NCBI GenBank assembly: GCA_015680685.1
Contig: MNCI01000399.1
Location: forward strand, 168,544 to 232,543
Length of the DNA stretch: 64,000 bases
DNA from: Gnetum montanum
Lineage: Eukaryota; Plantae; Gnetophyta
Direction of reading: 5' to 3'
Below, in pieces: positions 62,690 to 64,000 of the stretch (within the stretch, counting starts at the first letter, position 1; the number at the start of each line of letters is the position of its first letter). The position numbers and the translations under genes were made by a program. Below the pieces are notes generated by a model. It was not told the origin of the DNA. It worked only from the letters and a program-made list of their open reading frames with translations, and made no database searches.

Positions 62690-64000
62690 TTCTACTTGCA
62701 CTCACTCTTGAGTTGCTTGCTTGCTTGAGGCGTATTCCCTAGGTCTTCTACCCTAGATCCATTGGATCTTAGTGAATTCCTTGGGGTGTCGAACAACATC
62801 GGGGCAACGTTGTTATCGATGGTATCAGAGCATTTTTGAATTTGTGTTGTGATATGCATGTGCTCTGTGGTTGTGTTACTCCATTGAGGTTGTTCAATTA
62901 ATGGTCCCTTTGGAGTGATACCTAGGTGATCTAGAATCATATCCTTATGTATTCCTTGAAGAGTTTCCTTATGACAATGTTTTTATGCTCTTCACGAGGG
63001 GATAGATGTTAAATTGAGAGCAACTGATGTATGTTGCTCTTCTTGAGGATGTAAACGATTGTGTTGTGGTGATGTCCTTCACTTGTTTACTTGTGGTTGG
63101 ACTAGTTATGATTGTATGTGATATGGTAGAGAGGAGTTCTATTGGCAACTCACGAATTTTTTTGCTCAAGGAGCTCTCATCTCTAGTCTCCAATGATTCA
63201 TCTGGGATGAATCGGACCAAGTCTCTACTTCGATTTCCACCCAGATGACATGTTTCGAGATGGCATTTGTTGAATTGTGTAGGATAGGATATCCTTGCAC
63301 TCCCACTCACCCTATATACAGTGAGTTTGGGAAATATAGATTAGGACAAGACGGTTCCCAGGTACCTCAGGATGGAGGGCTTTCGAACATGTGCTCTTGG
63401 TGAGCATTAATCTAGATGGATTAAGACCGATGCTGGTAGACTTTGTACGCTCATGTTTATGATTGTATGTTTTTCTATGTGTGTATGCATGTCTTATTGG
63501 TTGTGCTTTCAAATACTACATGTGTGTTACCTTTGTCGTGTCCATCATTCGTAACGCAAGGCTTTGTGTCCTACACGGTATGATGACTTGTTGGTGGGAT
63601 TGTTGAGGATGCATTTTGAGGCCATTTGTGCCATCCCCAAAGCCAAATGTTTGTTGTCTTGTTGTGACAACCTTTTTTGCATGAGGCAAGATTGCCCTTG
63701 TTGCTGATCTTTCACGAGTTGTGCTCCCTTGTTTTAGCTTGTTGTGTTGTCCTTGGGTTTGTGGCATCACTCTTTTGATTGGTGACATTTCTTGGTCACT
63801 TTGATTCAAAGACTATTGGTGTGGGTCATCCTATTGTTGGTTCTTGTTGAGACCACATCTCTTTTGATGAGAGTCTTTCTTGTGGACGCATCCTCCGTGA
63901 TGTTGTTCATTGTTGCAAGAATTGGCTTTATGTAGATCTATTGTTGGCTAGACCTTAGTCTTCCACCTTATTTTTTAGTTGAGATGAAGATTCTCTATTG
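62690..64000 (-). other. Unassigned, probably decayed coding or TE-derived sequence
   Basis: Higher GC than the flank, with a chain of short minus-strand ORFs. No motif recognised. Confidence 0.3.

Overview
Plant nuclear DNA from a large, TE-rich genome; the species cannot be identified from the sequence. The only host gene is the 3' part of LSF1 (LIKE SEX4 1, a starch-associated phosphoglucan phosphatase-like protein). It has four + strand exons (13459-13570, 32492-32604, 34108-34255, 35930-36049), an 18.9-kb intron, and an upstream intron of apparently more than 13 kb. Nearly everything else is transposon: three Copia elements or fragments, an Athila-like Gypsy element with both LTRs nested in a degenerate DUF6570-type Helitron, an RTE LINE fragment, a hAT MITE, and several copies of one GC-rich L1-clade LINE family. 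The main discovery is in that LINE family. Reading through C>T-type stop codons in three diverged copies, ORF2 does not end after the zf-RVT motif and has no RNase H. It continues into a domain resembling 'putative plant transposon protein' (Transposase_32/PMD-like), then a long coiled coil, and ends in a complete DnaJ J-domain with the HPD motif. This is a non-LTR retrotransposon whose EN/RT protein appears to carry its own Hsp70 co-chaperone module. All domain calls are by eye and need HMM or structure confirmation.
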